Made by a program: the position numbers and the translations under genes
In this document: positions 36,201-44,895 of the stretch, one piece after another
Layout: the number at the start of each line of letters is the position of its first letter
Position numbering within the stretch: the stretch's first letter is position 1
NCBI GenBank assembly: GCA_964481255.1
Contig: CAYZTZ010000002.1
Span: 39,131 to 103,130, forward strand
Source: an uncultured Acidobacteriota bacterium
GTDB lineage: Bacteria; Acidobacteriota; UBA6911
Length of the DNA stretch: 64,000 nt
Direction of reading: 5' to 3'
Notes under the pieces: generated by a model
What the model was told of the DNA's origin: nothing
The model's input: only the letters and a program-made list of their open reading frames with translations
Databases searched by the model: none

Positions 36201-38019
36201 TGCCGGAACCGCTGGAATCCCCGCCCACGGTATTCAGAGTATGGGTGACGCCGTCGAGCGCGCGCACCCGCCGGGCTATATCCTCGGAAAACCTCGTCGT
36301 CTCGGCCAGCGAGCTCCCCTCCGGGAGGCGGATGCTGATATTGAACTGCGACTGGTCGTCCCTGACGAACATGTTCTTGCCGATCAGCATGAAGAGAGGA
36401 ACGATCGAGAGGATCACGACGACGCAACTCCACACGACGGTTTTCCTGTGCCCCATGGCCCATATCAGCGCCCTGGTGTAGGTCGTGTCGAGAATTCGGA
36501 AGAATCGGGCATCCTTGGATTTCCGCCCCGCGCCTTCCGCCGGCGGATGGACAAAACGCGAACACAACATAGGGGTCAGGGTAAAGGACACGAGCATCGA
36601 CACGACTACGGCGCCGGCGCAGGTGAATCCGAAGGCGCTCATGAAACGCCCCGTCATGCCGCCCATGAACCCGACCGGGACGAAAACCGCCAGGAGGGAG
36701 ATGGTCGTGGCCAGCACCGCAAGGCCGATCTCCTTGGTGCCTTTCTCGGCCGCTTCGAAAGGCCCCATCTTCTTCTCTTCCATGTGCCGGTAGATGTTCT
36801 CCAGCACGATGATGGCGTCATCGACCACGACGCCCACCATCAGGGTCAGAGCCAGCATCGTGATCTGGTTCATGGTGTATCCGAAAATCGCCATGACCGA
36901 AAAAGCGGACACGAGGGATACCGGGATGGCGATGGCGGCGATGACCGTCGTGCGCCAGTTGGCGAGGAAGAAAAACAAGACGACGGCCGCAAGCAGGCTC
37001 CCCTCGAACAGGTGGTTCCGGATATTGTCGATGGCGGCCTTGATGAAGATCGACTGGTCGCTGATGATCTGCACGCGGACGTCTTTGGGCAGAGTCTCCT
37101 GAACCTCCGCCAGGCGCGCCTTCACGGCGTCTGCGACCTCCACGGTGTTCGTGCCCGACTGCTTGTAAACGGCCAGCTGCACGGCCGGTTCGCCGTTGAG
37201 CCGCACCGTCGTCGTGGGCTCTTCGGCCGCGTCCTCGGCGCGCCCGATGTCGCGGACCTTGACCGTGTAACCGTTCCGGTTTGCGATGGCGACGTCGTTG
37301 AAGTCCGCGGGCTCCTGGATCTTGCCGGAGGTTCGGATGGTGTAATCCCTGTCCCCCGCCTTGATGCTGCCGCCCGGCATCTCCATATTCTGGGTCTGCA
37401 GCGCCGCGAAAACATCCGTCACCGTCAGGTTGTAGGCGCGCAGGCGTTCCGGGTTCACGATGACATGGATCTCGCGCTCGGCGCCGCCCAGAATCTGGAC
37501 CTGGCCGACCCCGTTGCAGTTTTCAAGCTTCTGCTTGATCAGCTTGTCCGCGATCATGGTCACGTCGCGGGTGGAGCGGGACGCGGACACGGCGATCTGC
37601 AGAATGGCCGTGGCGTCCGGGTCCATCTTCGAGACCACGGGGACCTCGGCGCTGGAAGGCAGCTCGTTGACGATCTGGTTGATCTTGTTCTGGACCTCCT
37701 GGGCGGCCACGTTGCCGTCCTTGGAAAGGTCGAATTCGATCCGGATAAGCGCCATCCCCTCCGCCGAAGTGGAGGTTATTTCGTCCAGGCCGCTGATGCT
37801 GTTGACGGCATCCTCGATTTTCCGGGTGATTTCGGTCTCGACCTCTTCGGGAGACGCGCCCGGATTGACGACGGTCACCGTCACGAACGGGGCGTCGATC
37901 TTGGGCATCCGGTCCACGCCGAGAGAGAAATAGGTGAAGATTCCCGAAACGATGAACGCCAGGATCAGCATTGTCGCGAAGACCGGGCGCCGGATACAAA
38001 GTTTTGCTAAGCCGTGCAT
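33298..38019 (-). CDS. Single ORF joining an RND (AcrB/HAE1-like) permease (38019-34963, 1019 aa) to a TolC-like outer-membrane factor (34962-33298, 554 aa)
   Basis: The N-terminal MHGLAKLCIRRPVFATMLILAFIV...VDRMPKIDAPFVTVTV and 12 TM segments are typical of RND pumps. From codon 1020 the sequence reads MRWRTKQAAKAAALVSIPLLFVPISFA|QT (a signal peptide), then LTLREAIERVLANDPELA and two OEP-type repeats. There is no stop codon between the two parts. Confidence 0.85.
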   Translation of the reverse strand: MHGLAKLCIRRPVFATMLILAFIVSGIFTYFSLGVDRMPKIDAPFVTVTVVNPGASPEEVETEITRKIEDAVNSISGLDEITSTSAEGMALIRIEFDLSKDGNVAAQEVQNKINQIVNELPSSAEVPVVSKMDPDATAILQIAVSASRSTRDVTMIADKLIKQKLENCNGVGQVQILGGAEREIHVIVNPERLRAYNLTVTDVFAALQTQNMEMPGGSIKAGDRDYTIRTSGKIQEPADFNDVAIANRNGYTVKVRDIGRAEDAAEEPTTTVRLNGEPAVQLAVYKQSGTNTVEVADAVKARLAEVQETLPKDVRVQIISDQSIFIKAAIDNIRNHLFEGSLLAAVVLFFFLANWRTTVIAAIAIPVSLVSAFSVMAIFGYTMNQITMLALTLMVGVVVDDAIIVLENIYRHMEEKKMGPFEAAEKGTKEIGLAVLATTISLLAVFVPVGFMGGMTGRFMSAFGFTCAGAVVVSMLVSFTLTPMLCSRFVHPPAEGAGRKSKDARFFRILDTTYTRALIWAMGHRKTVVWSCVVVILSIVPLFMLIGKNMFVRDDQSQFNISIRLPEGSSLAETTRFSEDIARRVRALDGVTHTLNTVGGDSSGSGNAASIYVKLVDIGERDLSSDEIAAKVRDMLKDHPPNIFLSVVAATGMGPGGMSDIQYYLQGPDIRKLAEYSEKLVAKAGTIPGLGDLDTSLRAGKPEVRLEIDRERAADLGVSVQSVQRAINTLVAGQTAGTFNAGDDQYDVVVQAEDQFRGSVEGLEKLTVASTRIGAVGLNEVVRVRSGSGPSSIERLNRQRIVEITGNLMEGGSQSAVVGQFERIIDELDMDPGYNGGATGITGRMVEAGYNFAVAFALAFIFMYITLAAQFESFIHPITILISLPLAVPFGIFSMLVTGQQITIMSGLGLLLLFGIVKKNAILQIDHMNGLRAAGMNRYDAIIQANRDRLRPILMTTMALVCGMIPLLLSRGAGAATNHSIGFMVAGGQTLCLALTLLAVPVFYSLWEDLAHWIRSRGVMRWRTKQAAKAAALVSIPLLFVPISFAQTPAASRTADMPSSVRLQPLSAFELPSRIGVKGKTNLTLREAIERVLANDPELAISRISIEKAGYGIESAKGYFDPVFTLDGSRSRTATPIATIIMGSTSGKLTSTEFTVTPKITGLSPRLGTGYSLTFSDSKQTNDSRFTTLNPQYPSSLSFNFTQPLWRDLRIDAGRHSLLVARKNLQLSAEQLRQRVIERVTQAVRYYWELVYAWQNHEVQTEALRLATEQYESNRRQVEQGLLAPIEIVAAQRQVAAYRQTLAQAQEILTTAENNLKQMIMSGREDPLWSEALIPDAHLSLDGTVPALEDALKQALASRPELSGNSLQMEMNRLDVRYYRNQKRPQIDLIATVTASGLAGTPQEFSPFPGFPAGQVAETLIGGNWQSLSNIWAGNFPAFKVGVQIALPLNNRTAEANVASALAESRRLEIVRKQLEMYVEADVRNALEQVNAARVMYEAAQMAAGAALEQYASEQRQFQSGTSIMFLVLERQSGYVAARSAEVRARANLAEALANLDRSLARTLDVYQIKLSP

Positions 38020-38037
38020 GACACAAATCCCTCTCGG

Positions 38038-39342
38038 TTAGGAACGAGCCTCGACGGCCGCGCCGTCGTAAAGATCCGCCAGATGATCGACGGCGATCGT
38101 CTCACCGCCTTTGAGGCCGGAAAGAATCCGCACCTCGCCGCCTTCCGAGTCTCCCTTGAGCACCACATTCAGGCGGGCGAACCCGCCGACGATGCTGTAC
38201 ACGTGATAGGCGTCCGTCGTGTTGTCGTAGAAAACAGCCTGCGCGGGAACGAAAACCGCCTCCTCCTTTTCCGGCAACATCAGTTTTGCCCGGGCGAACA
38301 TCCCGGGCCGGAGCTCGCCTCTGGGGTTTTCGAACCGCGCTTCGACCATGAAGGCGCGCGAGCTGGAATCCACCGAGGGCACAACCGCATGCACCGTGCC
38401 GCTGAAATCGCGGTCGGAGTACGCGGCCACGCGCGCCGTCACCGGCATGCCCGTCCGGACCTCGGCGGCGCGCTTTTCGGGAACCTGCAGCTGCAACCTT
38501 AACGTCGCGATACGGACCAGCGTCACCACGCTGTTATTGGTCCCCACCCATTGCCCGACCGACACCGGACGCGCGGTGACATACCCGTCAAACGGGGCCC
38601 GAATGGTCATGTCCTGAAGGTTTTTTTCGGCCTGCGCCAGCTGGGACTCGGCGGCCGCCAGCGAAGCCTGGGCGGCCTCGATCGCGCGGAAATTCTGGCG
38701 CGCCGCGTTGACCTGAGCCTCGTACTGCCTCCGCGCCGATTCCGCGGCCGCTTCCGCCGTCTGCTGCTGGGTTTTATACTTCTCGTAGTTGCTCTCGGAA
38801 ACATCCCCGCTGCGAACCAGGTTCTCGTAACGCCGTGCGTCCGCGGCCGCAAGCTTGGCCGAGGCGAGGGCGGATTCGTAGGCGGACCGGGCCGCCGCCA
38901 CTTCCGGGACCAGGTCCGGATTGAATTCCGCGCCGTCGCCGCTCCAGCCCACTCTGGATTGCGCCTGGTTCAGAACGAACCGGGCCTGCTCCCGCACCGC
39001 CCTCGCCTGATCCACTCTGAGCTGCGCGTCGCGCTGTTCCAGGACGCAGAGCGGTTGCCCCTTGCGCACGAAGTCGCCGACCTCCACCGGCGTCGCCGCC
39101 ACGCGCCCTGCGATGGACGGAGCCACATCGGACGATTCTTCCGCTATAAACGACCCTGTCGCCTCGAGGTACCGGGAAACCGTCCGCACCGCGGCCTTCG
39201 CCGTGGCCACGACAGGCTTTTCGCCGGGACCCTCCTTCCGTGCGGCGGACCCGGTCTGGCCCCCGGGGCCCGGACCCCGACAGCCGGTCGTGAAACAAAG
39301 AATCAGTAGCGCTGCGCAATAAACTCGTAGCATTGTCTTCAA
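38038..39342 (-). CDS. RND efflux periplasmic adaptor (membrane fusion protein), lipoprotein
   Basis: Lipobox LILCFTTGC. Coiled-coil hairpin segment, a beta-barrel, and a C-terminal GETIAVDHLADLYDGAAV typical of the HlyD_D23 family. Confidence 0.9.
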   Translation of the reverse strand: MKTMLRVYCAALLILCFTTGCRGPGPGGQTGSAARKEGPGEKPVVATAKAAVRTVSRYLEATGSFIAEESSDVAPSIAGRVAATPVEVGDFVRKGQPLCVLEQRDAQLRVDQARAVREQARFVLNQAQSRVGWSGDGAEFNPDLVPEVAAARSAYESALASAKLAAADARRYENLVRSGDVSESNYEKYKTQQQTAEAAAESARRQYEAQVNAARQNFRAIEAAQASLAAAESQLAQAEKNLQDMTIRAPFDGYVTARPVSVGQWVGTNNSVVTLVRIATLRLQLQVPEKRAAEVRTGMPVTARVAAYSDRDFSGTVHAVVPSVDSSSRAFMVEARFENPRGELRPGMFARAKLMLPEKEEAVFVPAQAVFYDNTTDAYHVYSIVGGFARLNVVLKGDSEGGEVRILSGLKGGETIAVDHLADLYDGAAVEARS

Positions 39343-39346
39343 GGTT

Positions 39347-40084
39347 CTACCTTTCTGCCGATGTGTCGGACTTTGACCGGGACGGAGCGCAGGGCAATGC
39401 TCCCCGCCGGCCTTCCGCCTTGCCGGACGTTTTCAACCCCCACAGGACAAGCCGCGTAAAACTCTCCGCGAGGCTGCGTTCCGGAAGTTTGAGCAGATCC
39501 ATTCCAAAAATCCCCTTCGCCAACCCGTAATGGCTTGGCATGCTCACGATGGCGTGCACGGCCACATTGGGGTTGCATTTCACAAACGCCCCCTTTTTCT
39601 GCCGCTTGATGATGTAGTCGCAGAGGAACTTGTGCAGCGGCAGGATGCGCTGCGCCATGACCCTGGGCAGGGGATGCCCCGTGAGGACCGCCTGAAACAT
39701 CAGCCTCTGGAATTGAGGGTCCTTCCGGTCCGATTGCAGAATCCTCTCCACAATGGAGCGGACCAAAGCCTGGTCATCCTCGCGCTCGGCGTAACAGCGC
39801 AATTGCTCCTCCCATGCCTCGATGCCCGATTCCTTGGCTGTATGGTCGAGGATGCTCGCATAGAGGTCCTCCTTGGTCGCGAAGTGCCGGAAAATGAGGC
39901 CTTCGCTTACACCGGCGGCGGCTGCGATGGCCTTTGTGGTCGTGCCTTCAAATCCCCGCCGCGCGAACAATTCGACAGCGATCCGCAGCAATTGGGCGCG
40001 GCGTTTTTCCGCCGGGAACCGTTTCCGGGACGGAGAAGATCCCCGTCCTTCCGTCCGCTGTGCGTGCATGGGCCTCCTCATCAC
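39347..40084 (-). CDS. TetR/AcrR-family transcriptional regulator
   Basis: HTH segment RAQLLRIAVELFARRGFEGTTTKAIAAAAGVSEGLIFRHFATKEDLY. It is the first gene of the efflux operon. The start is ambiguous: GTG at 40084, ATG at 40081, or ATG at 40069 preceded by AGGAGG. Confidence 0.9.
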   Translation of the reverse strand: MMRRPMHAQRTEGRGSSPSRKRFPAEKRRAQLLRIAVELFARRGFEGTTTKAIAAAAGVSEGLIFRHFATKEDLYASILDHTAKESGIEAWEEQLRCYAEREDDQALVRSIVERILQSDRKDPQFQRLMFQAVLTGHPLPRVMAQRILPLHKFLCDYIIKRQKKGAFVKCNPNVAVHAIVSMPSHYGLAKGIFGMDLLKLPERSLAESFTRLVLWGLKTSGKAEGRRGALPCAPSRSKSDTSAER

Positions 40085-40085
40085 A

Positions 40086-40107
40086 AATAAGTGAGCGCAT
40101 ACTTATT
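40086..40107. promoter_or_regulatory. Candidate TetR operator: inverted repeat AATAAGT-N8-ACTTATT
   Basis: 7-bp perfect arms at 40086-40092 and 40101-40107, AT-rich, abutting the tetR start in the tetR/pgsA divergent region. Confidence 0.3.
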
Positions 40108-40261
40108 ATCGGACGGGGCGCAGCCCGTCAAGAGGGAAATGGGGCGTCCCCGCCGCAAGAGCCGTCCGGAAGCGCCTTCACCGGCGGCGGCCGCGGCGCC
40201 GGGCCAAAGGGATTTACAAATCAGAACAAAAAGTATATGGAATAGGACAAAGGAGCGGCCC

Positions 40262-40837
40262 TTGGTATTGACGTACGCCAACCAGCTGACGATTCTGCGG
40301 ATGGCCTTTGTGCCTTGTTTCGTTCTCCTCCTTGTCTACGGATACCCCAAATCCGCCACCTTCCTGTTTCTGATCGCGGCGGTCACGGACGGTCTCGACG
40401 GCCTGCTGGCCCGCAAATTGCAGCAGAAAACGGTCCTGGGGTCCTTCCTCGACCCTATGGCGGACAAAATTCTATTGACGGCGGCCTTCATCACGCTGAC
40501 GGTTCCCTCTCTGCCTCTGGCCCTGCACATCCCGACGTGGCTCACCATTTTGACGATAAGCCGCGATCTCATCATCGCCCTGTCGGTGCTCATCATCCAT
40601 CTACAGACCCGGCACTCCCATTTTCCCCCGAGTCTGCTGGGAAAATGCACCACGGCAATCCAGCTCCTGACCGTGGGTCTCTGCCTGGCGGCCAACTTCG
40701 AGATCCGCCTGGCCGTCACGCTGTTCCCTTATGTCGTTTACGGCACCCTGGCTCTGACTCTGGCCTCCGGAACGCACTACGCCTACAGGTCGTTCAAGAT
40801 CATCGCGTCCTACCAGGTAGCGGGAAATGTCCAATAA
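40262..40837 (+). CDS. pgsA: CDP-diacylglycerol--glycerol-3-phosphate 3-phosphatidyltransferase (CDP-alcohol phosphatidyltransferase family)
   Basis: Contains the DG(x2)AR(x8)G(x3)D(x3)D motif (AAVTDGLDGLLARKLQQKTVLGSFLDPMADK). AGGAG at 40251-40255 precedes the TTG at 40262. The longer track ORF from 40091 would extend into the tetR promoter region. Confidence 0.8.
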   Translation: MVLTYANQLTILRMAFVPCFVLLLVYGYPKSATFLFLIAAVTDGLDGLLARKLQQKTVLGSFLDPMADKILLTAAFITLTVPSLPLALHIPTWLTILTISRDLIIALSVLIIHLQTRHSHFPPSLLGKCTTAIQLLTVGLCLAANFEIRLAVTLFPYVVYGTLALTLASGTHYAYRSFKIIASYQVAGNVQ

Positions 40838-42128
40838 GGGGATACGGATTCTTGACGTCCGAAGGGGATCCAGGGCGGAGAAGATCGGGCTCGCTCCGGG
40901 GGACCGGATCCTGAATGTCAACGGCCGCGACGTCCCCGACGAAATCGCTCTGCGATTCCTTTTATCGGAGGGTATCGTCGATCTTCACGTCCGCCATCCG
41001 GACGGAACCGATGAGCATTATCGCGCGCGCCTGTCCGAGGATCCCGACTGGGGGGTCACCGTCGAGGAATTCAGGACGAAGACGTGCAATAACTCTTGCC
41101 TGTTCTGTTTCGTGGACCAGCTTCCGCCCGGCGTGCGGCCCGCCCTCAGGGTCAAGGACGACGATTACCGTCTCTCCTTCCTGCACGGCAACTATATCAC
41201 CCTGACGAACCTGTCCGCCGAAGAAATAGACCGGATCGTGGAACAGAGGCTCTCGCCCCTGTACGTCTCCGTGCACGCGACGGATCCGCTCTTGCGCGCC
41301 CGTATTCTCGGGAGGAAGAAGCCCGATGATCTCGACGGCAAGCTCCGCAGGCTGGTAAAAGGAGGCGTCAGCCTGCATACCCAGATCGTGCTGATGCCCG
41401 GCCTCAACGACGGGAAACAGCTGGAAAAAACGGTTTTCGACCTCTACAGCCTGCACCCCGGGGTGCAATCGGTCGCCATCGTGCCCGTCGGACTATCCGA
41501 TCACGGAATGCCCAGGAACCTCCTGGAGCCTGTCACGCCGGCTTTCAGCCGCCAGGTTATCCGCCGCACGGCCCCATGGCAGGCCCGGTTCCGCAGGCAA
41601 AGCGGCCGCACGTTCGCATATCTGGCGGACGAGTTTTATGTCCTGGGAGGCCTGGAGGTCCCCCCCAAGGCGCTCTACGACGATTTCGCACAGATTGAAA
41701 ACGGGGTCGGGATGGTTCGGCTGTTTTTGGACGGTTTTGAGAAGGAGCTCCGAAGACACAGACGGAGCCTCGCCGCCTTGCGCGGCACGCTGGTGACCGG
41801 ACGGCTCTTTTATCCGATCCTGCGCGAATGCGTCCGGAGGTTCAACGCGAAGTTCGGCTCGCGCCTTCAAGTCTGCGGCGTGGAAAACCGTTTCCTGGGG
41901 AGGAGAATTACGGTGGCGGGCCTGCTCGCGGGCAGGGACATCGTTCATGCTTTGAAGGGCAAAAGGACGGGTGATTGTATCATCCTCCCCCAGGACGCCG
42001 TCTCGCAGGCGGGCGGCGTCCTGCTGGACGATGTCTCGCTTGAAGATCTTTCGCGGACCCTCGGCAGACCGGTCCGTCTTGGAGGACCGGACCCGGCCGC
42101 GTTGTTCCGCATGCTTTTTAGCGGTTAG
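40827..42128 (+). CDS. DUF512 protein (PDZ domain plus radical-SAM-like domain)
   Basis: N-terminal PDZ segment GLAPGDRILNVNGRDV, then CNNSCLFCFV and DDDYRLSFLHGNYITLTN, typical of DUF512/TIGR03279-type proteins. Confidence 0.8.
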   Translation: MSNKGIRILDVRRGSRAEKIGLAPGDRILNVNGRDVPDEIALRFLLSEGIVDLHVRHPDGTDEHYRARLSEDPDWGVTVEEFRTKTCNNSCLFCFVDQLPPGVRPALRVKDDDYRLSFLHGNYITLTNLSAEEIDRIVEQRLSPLYVSVHATDPLLRARILGRKKPDDLDGKLRRLVKGGVSLHTQIVLMPGLNDGKQLEKTVFDLYSLHPGVQSVAIVPVGLSDHGMPRNLLEPVTPAFSRQVIRRTAPWQARFRRQSGRTFAYLADEFYVLGGLEVPPKALYDDFAQIENGVGMVRLFLDGFEKELRRHRRSLAALRGTLVTGRLFYPILRECVRRFNAKFGSRLQVCGVENRFLGRRITVAGLLAGRDIVHALKGKRTGDCIILPQDAVSQAGGVLLDDVSLEDLSRTLGRPVRLGGPDPAALFRMLFSG

Positions 42129-42277
42129 CGGCTAGCGGTCAGCGGTCAGCGGTCAGCGGATAGCGGTTAGAGATGTGTTTTGGGGGAGAGGGGATGAGAT
42201 ATAGGAAAAATGATGGGCTGGTTTCCGCAGATTAACAGTCTGCCTCGCCGCACTGGCCGCTGACCGCCAGCCGCTAA
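42120..42277. repeat. Inverted heptamer-repeat element, copy 2: 7 tandem AGCGGNN units facing 3 inverted units
   Basis: 42120-42168 reads AGCGGTT AGCGGCT AGCGGTC x3 AGCGGAT AGCGGTT. 42257-42277 reads CCGCTGA CCGCCAG CCGCTAA. Positions 42125-42145 pair with 42257-42277 at 20 of 21 bases. The array supplies the last codons and the TAG of the DUF512 gene. Confidence 0.85.
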
Positions 42278-42394
42278 AGGATTCGCTTGTAATGCGTCTC
42301 TCTCTCTTGCAGAATTTATCTCCACGGCCCCAGCTGACGCCGCCCCGATGGGGACGAGCGCGGGATGGGGGTGGAGAAACGGGAGATAACGGCC

Positions 42395-42859
42395 ATGGCC
42401 AGAGTCATTCAAGGGAAACTGGACGCGAAGGGCGGTCGTTTCGCCATTGTCATCAGCCGGTTCAACTCATTCATCAGCGACAGGCTCCTTTCCGGCGCCC
42501 TGGACGCCCTGGAAAGGCAGGGGGCTTCGTCCGAGGACATCAGCATCGTCTGGGTGCCGGGAAGTTTCGAAATCCCCCCGGTCGCCAAGAAACTGGCTCT
42601 ATCAAAGAAATACGACGCCGTGATTTGTCTCGGCGCTCTGCTGCGCGGCGAAACGCCTCATTTTGACTATCTCTCCTCGACCGTCACACGGGAGATCGGC
42701 GCGATCGCCCTTGAAGCGGGAATCCCGGTCATCAACGGCGTCCTGACATGCAACACCATGGAGCAGGCCGTCGATCGGGCCGGACTCAAAACCGGCAACA
42801 AAGGGTTCGACGCCGCCGCGACCGCGATCGAGATGGTTCAGCTGATGAAGCAGCTTTGA
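42395..42859 (+). CDS. ribH: 6,7-dimethyl-8-ribityllumazine synthase
   Basis: Contains [40 protein letters not shown] and [11 protein letters not shown]. The start at MARVIQG gives the typical length of about 154 aa. Confidence 0.9.
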   Translation: MARVIQGKLDAKGGRFAIVISRFNSFISDRLLSGALDALERQGASSEDISIVWVPGSFEIPPVAKKLALSKKYDAVICLGALLRGETPHFDYLSSTVTREIGAIALEAGIPVINGVLTCNTMEQAVDRAGLKTGNKGFDAAATAIEMVQLMKQL

Positions 42860-42901
42860 TGGGCCGCCGCTTGGTTCCATGTTTCCGGGCCGGTCAAAAC
42901 C

Positions 42902-43339
42902 ATGGGTCTCCGAAGAGCCGCGCGCGAATGCGCTCTCCAGATGCTTTATGAAATGGACGTGGGGAGGCACTCCAAGGACGAAATCCTGCGCACATTCTGG
43001 CAGATGAACGAGCACCCTGAAAAGGTCCGACGGTTCGCGGAGCACCTGTTTGAGGGGACGACGGAGCGTCTGAAGGAAATCGACCGGATCATTCAGCGCC
43101 ACGCCAAGAACTGGCGGCTCGCCCGAATGGCGGCCGTCGACCGCAACATCATGAGGATCGCTGTCTTCGAGTTCCTATCCCCGGGCGGGACACCTGAAAC
43201 CGTCGTCATCAACGAAGCGCTCGAAATCGCCAAAAAGTTTTCAACGCAGGAATCGGCTCAGTTTGTGAACGGAATACTGGACAGCATTAAAAACGAATTC
43301 ACGCAGACAAGGCCAGCCGCCGATGGAAAAACAGACTAA
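42902..43339 (+). CDS. nusB: Transcription antitermination factor NusB
   Basis: [16 protein letters not shown]...[12 protein letters not shown]...[16 protein letters not shown]. The conserved ribH-nusB gene order is present. Confidence 0.9.
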   Translation: MGLRRAARECALQMLYEMDVGRHSKDEILRTFWQMNEHPEKVRRFAEHLFEGTTERLKEIDRIIQRHAKNWRLARMAAVDRNIMRIAVFEFLSPGGTPETVVINEALEIAKKFSTQESAQFVNGILDSIKNEFTQTRPAADGKTD

Positions 43340-44828
43340 CCTTCTGGAGCAGCGCCGTTTCAAGCTGGAAGAACTCAAGCGCCTGGGCTACAACCCCTAT
43401 CCGAACCGCTTCGATTACACCCACACGCTGGGCCAGGTGCGGGAAATGCTCGGTGCGGCCGGCGCGGCCGAACTCGAGGAACGGAAGGAATATGTGCGGG
43501 TGTGCGGCCGCATCCTCGCCCTGCGCCTGCAGGGGAAAGCCGGGTTCATGGATCTTTCCGACGGCGAACACAGGCTTCAGGTTTACGTGCGCCGCGATTT
43601 TGTGGGCCCCGAGGACTTCGCTCTCTTCCAGCTGTTTGATCTCGGCGACATCATCGGCGCGGAGGGTACGGTTTTCCGGACGCGCACGAACGAACTCACC
43701 GTCTCGGCCTCCCGGGTCTATCACCTCTCCAAGAACCTCCTGCCGCTTCCGGAAAAATGGCACGGGCTGACCGATGTGGAGACAAGGTACCGCCAGAGAT
43801 ACGTGGATCTGATCGTCAATCCGGAGGTCCGGTCCGTCTTTGTCAAACGCAGCCGAATCATCCGCGAAATCCGCGCCTTTCTCGACGCGCGGGGCTACCT
43901 CGAGGTCGAAACCCCCGTCCTGCAGGCGATCGCCGGAGGAGCCCTCGCCCGGCCCTTCCGAACGCATCACAACACCCTGGACATCGATCTGTACATGCGC
44001 ATCGCGCTGGAGCTGCATCTCAAGCGCCTCATCGTGGGCGGCATCCCGAGAGTCTACGAGCTCAGCCGGATCTTCCGCAATGAAGGCATCTCCACCCAGC
44101 ACAACCCCGAGTTCACCATGGTGGAGTTCTACCAGGCCTATAGCGATTACATGGACCTGATGGATCTGACGCAGACCATGATCACGCAGGTGGCCGAATC
44201 GGTGACCGGCGCGCGCCGGGTGCCCTACCGGGAGCACATCCTCGATTTCAACAACTGGCACCGTCTCACGGTCCGGGAGGCCGTTCTGCGGTTCTGGCCC
44301 GATTCGCCTCCGGCTCCCTCCGAAGAGGATCTGCGGTCGCTGGAGAGGCTGCGCTCCCTGGCCCGGTCCCTGGACATCCATTTCGAAACGTCCGACGGCG
44401 CCGGCAAGCTGCTCGTCGCCCTTTTCGAGTCGGTCGCGGAGAAGCATCTCATCCAACCCACCATCGTCTATGACTACCCGGCGGAAGTATCGCCTCTGTC
44501 GAAGACCAAGGAAGAGGACCCCGGGACGGCGGAGAGATTCGAGCTGTATATCGCGGGGATGGAAATAGCCAACGCGTATTCGGAGTTGAACGACCCGTCG
44601 GAACAAAGGGCGCGGTTTGAAGAGCAGCTCCGCGCCCGGAGCCGCGGCGACGAGGAGGCCCACGCCATGGACGCCGACTACATCCGCGCCCTCCGTTACG
44701 GCATGCCGCCGACGGCCGGCGAGGGCATCGGCATCGACCGCCTGACCATGATCCTGACGAACTCCCCGTCGATCCGGGACGTCATACTGTTCCCGCTGCT
44801 CCGGCCGGAACACTCGATGGACGATTGA
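43323..44828 (+). CDS. lysS: Lysine--tRNA ligase, class II
   Basis: OB-fold N-terminus, class II motifs ([30 protein letters not shown]), 501 aa. Confidence 0.95.
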   Translation: MEKQTNLLEQRRFKLEELKRLGYNPYPNRFDYTHTLGQVREMLGAAGAAELEERKEYVRVCGRILALRLQGKAGFMDLSDGEHRLQVYVRRDFVGPEDFALFQLFDLGDIIGAEGTVFRTRTNELTVSASRVYHLSKNLLPLPEKWHGLTDVETRYRQRYVDLIVNPEVRSVFVKRSRIIREIRAFLDARGYLEVETPVLQAIAGGALARPFRTHHNTLDIDLYMRIALELHLKRLIVGGIPRVYELSRIFRNEGISTQHNPEFTMVEFYQAYSDYMDLMDLTQTMITQVAESVTGARRVPYREHILDFNNWHRLTVREAVLRFWPDSPPAPSEEDLRSLERLRSLARSLDIHFETSDGAGKLLVALFESVAEKHLIQPTIVYDYPAEVSPLSKTKEEDPGTAERFELYIAGMEIANAYSELNDPSEQRARFEEQLRARSRGDEEAHAMDADYIRALRYGMPPTAGEGIGIDRLTMILTNSPSIRDVILFPLLRPEHSMDD

Positions 44829-44895
44829 CGGCTTTCGACGGACGGTTGCCCGAAGCCGCCCTCCGTCAGCTGTTGACGGCCATCCGCAGGCGTCT

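Noticed and set aside
35083-38010. Very long antisense ORFs: 975 aa opposite the RND gene, 559 aa at 12230-13909 opposite wzt, 504 aa at 43299-44813 opposite lysS, and 387 aa at 10180-11343 opposite a GT gene.
   Set aside because: They are typical stop-poor shadow frames of GC-rich DNA. Their translations are Arg/Gly/Pro/Asp-rich with no recognisable motifs, while the opposite strand encodes well-recognised proteins across the whole span.
42120-42168. The tandem heptamer arrays considered as a possible CRISPR array.
   Set aside because: The units are 7 bp long with no spacers, and the arrays occur as inverted pairs. There are no cas genes in the window. This is not CRISPR.
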